Assembly: GCF_006345805.1 (NCBI RefSeq)
Contig: NC_043013.1
Span: 17,546,001-17,610,000 of the forward strand
Reading direction: 5' to 3'
Length of the DNA: 64,000 nt
Origin: Octopus sinensis
Taxonomy: Eukaryota
Both the position numbers and the translations under genes were made by a program. Below are positions 63,030-64,000 of this stretch, piece by piece. Within the stretch, counting starts at the first letter, position 1. Each line of letters begins with the position of its first letter. The notes under the pieces are model-generated. The model searched no databases. It was not told where the DNA came from and was given only the letters and a program-made list of their open reading frames with translations.

Positions 63030-63190
63030 ATGGCGGGGTCTGAGAAGGAGGAACGATGGCTTTTTACCAAAACGGATATTTCTCATTCTCCCAGTACACG
63101 GGGTCCTGATCCTTTAGACCCGAAGAAGGAGTTACATTACAGACAGATGGCCGCAAATTTTATCCAGGAGATGGGCCAAAAGCTTCAGGT
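63030..63190 (+). CDS. CCNT: Cyclin T, first coding exon (MAGSEKEERWLFTK...ELHYRQMAANFIQEMGQKLQV)
   Basis: Matches the cyclin T N-terminal cyclin-box helix (W.FT...SPS...KEL.YRQ.AAN.IQ.MGQ.L.V). Donor GT|gtatcc at 63190/63191 (alternative CAG|gtgtat at 63188). The gene continues beyond the window. Confidence 0.93.
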
Positions 63191-64000
63191 GTATCCTTTC
63201 TATATATGTCTCCATGTATACATATATGTGTATTTCTATGTATTTATCATGCATACATACATATATATCCCGCTTTGTCTGTACATTTATATTAATATAT
63301 ATAGATTCATATATATATTCATATATACATGTATCTAAGTGAGTCTACCGTGCATAGATAATAACTATTGTAGCGAAATGTCGGTTCTTTTTGGCCAGCA
63401 ATTATACGCTTTAAAATTCTGTCTGTTGTTGTCTCCCCATTTTAACTGACAAATTGACAAACGGTTTAGCCATTTAATTGTCATAATAATAGAAATACGA
63501 ATGTTTACACAAGTTAAAATATAAAACTAATAATAAAAAAAGGGAAAACTAGAAAAGCTCCCCCCCCCCATTTAAACAGTTACAAGTTAACACATTGGAG
63601 AGAGAGAGAGAGAGAGAAGAGAGAGAAAGAAAGAGTAAGAGATAGAGAGAGAAGAGTGAGTAAATATGGCGGTCGTCGGCTTTTAACTTTTCGATTTTCC
63701 CCTCTCCCTTATCAGAAAAATGACTCCCTTTTAATAAACAATGTGGTTAACCCTTAAGATGTTTGACATTTTCTTTTTATTTGACCCTCTCCCCTTTCTT
63801 CGACTCCTCATTTTTGCTCAGCACTATTTCTATCCGGGTGAAAAAGCTCATTGCTCTTTTTATATATAATAATAATTATTCTGTTTGTGTGTGTGTGAGT
63901 AAAGGAAAGAGGGAGATGAAATATGGAGTGTATTGTGTTGAGTATTTTGCAATTTGTGTTAGATGTGTAGTATATTGGGTATTTGCTGTGTTGATTGACA

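Noticed and set aside
62964-63338. 124-aa ORF as a complete cyclin gene
   Set aside because: Homology covers only 63030-63190; the upstream TTG start is promoter/UTR and the downstream part reads into a (TA)-rich intron.

Overview
AT-rich, microsatellite- and SINE-dense eukaryotic DNA whose repeat families look like those of Octopus (taxon is inferred, not proven). It holds three intron-containing genes. FBXL7 is on + with four coding exons (2074-27237, about 567 aa; the two small 5' exons were found by hand). KANSL2 is on - with nine coding exons (48956-29496, about 603 aa once an apparent 1-nt deletion in exon 8 is corrected). The promoter and first exon of cyclin T are on + (63030-63190). 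The rest is mostly transposon debris: five mariner elements, one Tc1, CR1/L2-like and RTE LINE fragments, Helitron and Gypsy fossils, MITEs and at least five SINE families. The most notable non-coding signal is a complete minimal type I hammerhead ribozyme core on the - strand (about 670-778) inside a Penelope-like remnant. Other highlights are two fold-back rearrangements making 31-bp and 65-bp hairpins, the KANSL2-cyclin T neighbourhood, and a compact CRE/CRE/ETS/NRF1 promoter. All calls come from manual reading and translation; no database search was run.
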